Of a stretch of 47,378 nt of DNA, positions 47,003 to 47,378 are shown piece by piece; the first letter of the stretch is position 1; every line of letters begins with the position of its first letter. The notes below the pieces were generated by a model, which searched no databases, was not told the DNA's origin, and saw only the letters and a program-made list of their open reading frames with translations. Source of the stretch: Guillardia theta CCMP2712 (lineage: Eukaryota; Protista; Cryptophyta); contig NW_005434424.1 in assembly GCF_000315625.1 (NCBI RefSeq), positions 1 through 47,378 on the forward strand, read 5' to 3'. Made by a program: the position numbers and the translations under genes.

Positions 47003-47378
47003 AGGAGAAGACACTAGAAGAGCGGCGAGGAAGGGGAGGAGAAGGAGAACCGCACGTTGGAATGAAGGATAGCAGAGGAGAGTGAACGCGAGAGAGCAGA
47101 GCAGAGTGTTGGAATGGAGCAGACAGTATGAACCAGTACAAGGATGTGAGTTTGAATAATCTTTTGATCTGGCTGGTTTTTGTCTGTTCTGTTGTCTTCA
47201 TTCATTCAAATCTTCACTTCACTCATCAGAGATCTTTGTCTACTAAAGAAAGAATATCGTTAACACTCTTCTCCTCTCCCTCCTTCCTTCCCGTCATCCT
47301 CCTCATTCTGTCTCACTTGTTCCTCCTCTTCCTCCTCGTTCAGTGCACCTCCACTCTCCTCAGCTTCATCGCGCTAGC

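Overview
Eukaryotic nuclear DNA with dense ~45-55 nt GT-AG introns, many microsatellite-expanded introns and one assembly gap. The gene style (VFPRKK-type RWP-RK factor, Zn2Cys6 factor, signal peptide plus RGG-motif protein) points to a cryptophyte such as Guillardia theta; this is inference. Manual splicing supports about 13 genes: a beta-helix protein (partial), a large helical protein, a myomaker/TMEM8-like CREST membrane protein, an intronless orphan, a large coiled-coil protein, a myristoylated ankyrin-SH3 protein, a TMEM184 transporter, an Rh-type ammonium channel with a Cys-rich insert, a low-complexity orphan, a tandem Zn2Cys6 factor, an RWP-RK factor, a 51-aa GxxxG microprotein, a PhyH-like dioxygenase and CHFR. 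The most unusual signal is intergenic. A dispersed ~130-bp element starting (GCC)TTTACTCAAAGTTAAGTTAAAAATCAGTACGAGGACAATC occurs at least 8 times, whole or partial, at the edges of GC-rich palindrome-dense islands. Its copies differ mainly by short GC-rich insertions. Related sequences form a hairpin and a TA-flanked MITE, two inward-facing copies bracket the RWP-RK gene, and a tRNA-like sequence lies beside one island. Exon boundaries were derived by eye and no database searches were run.
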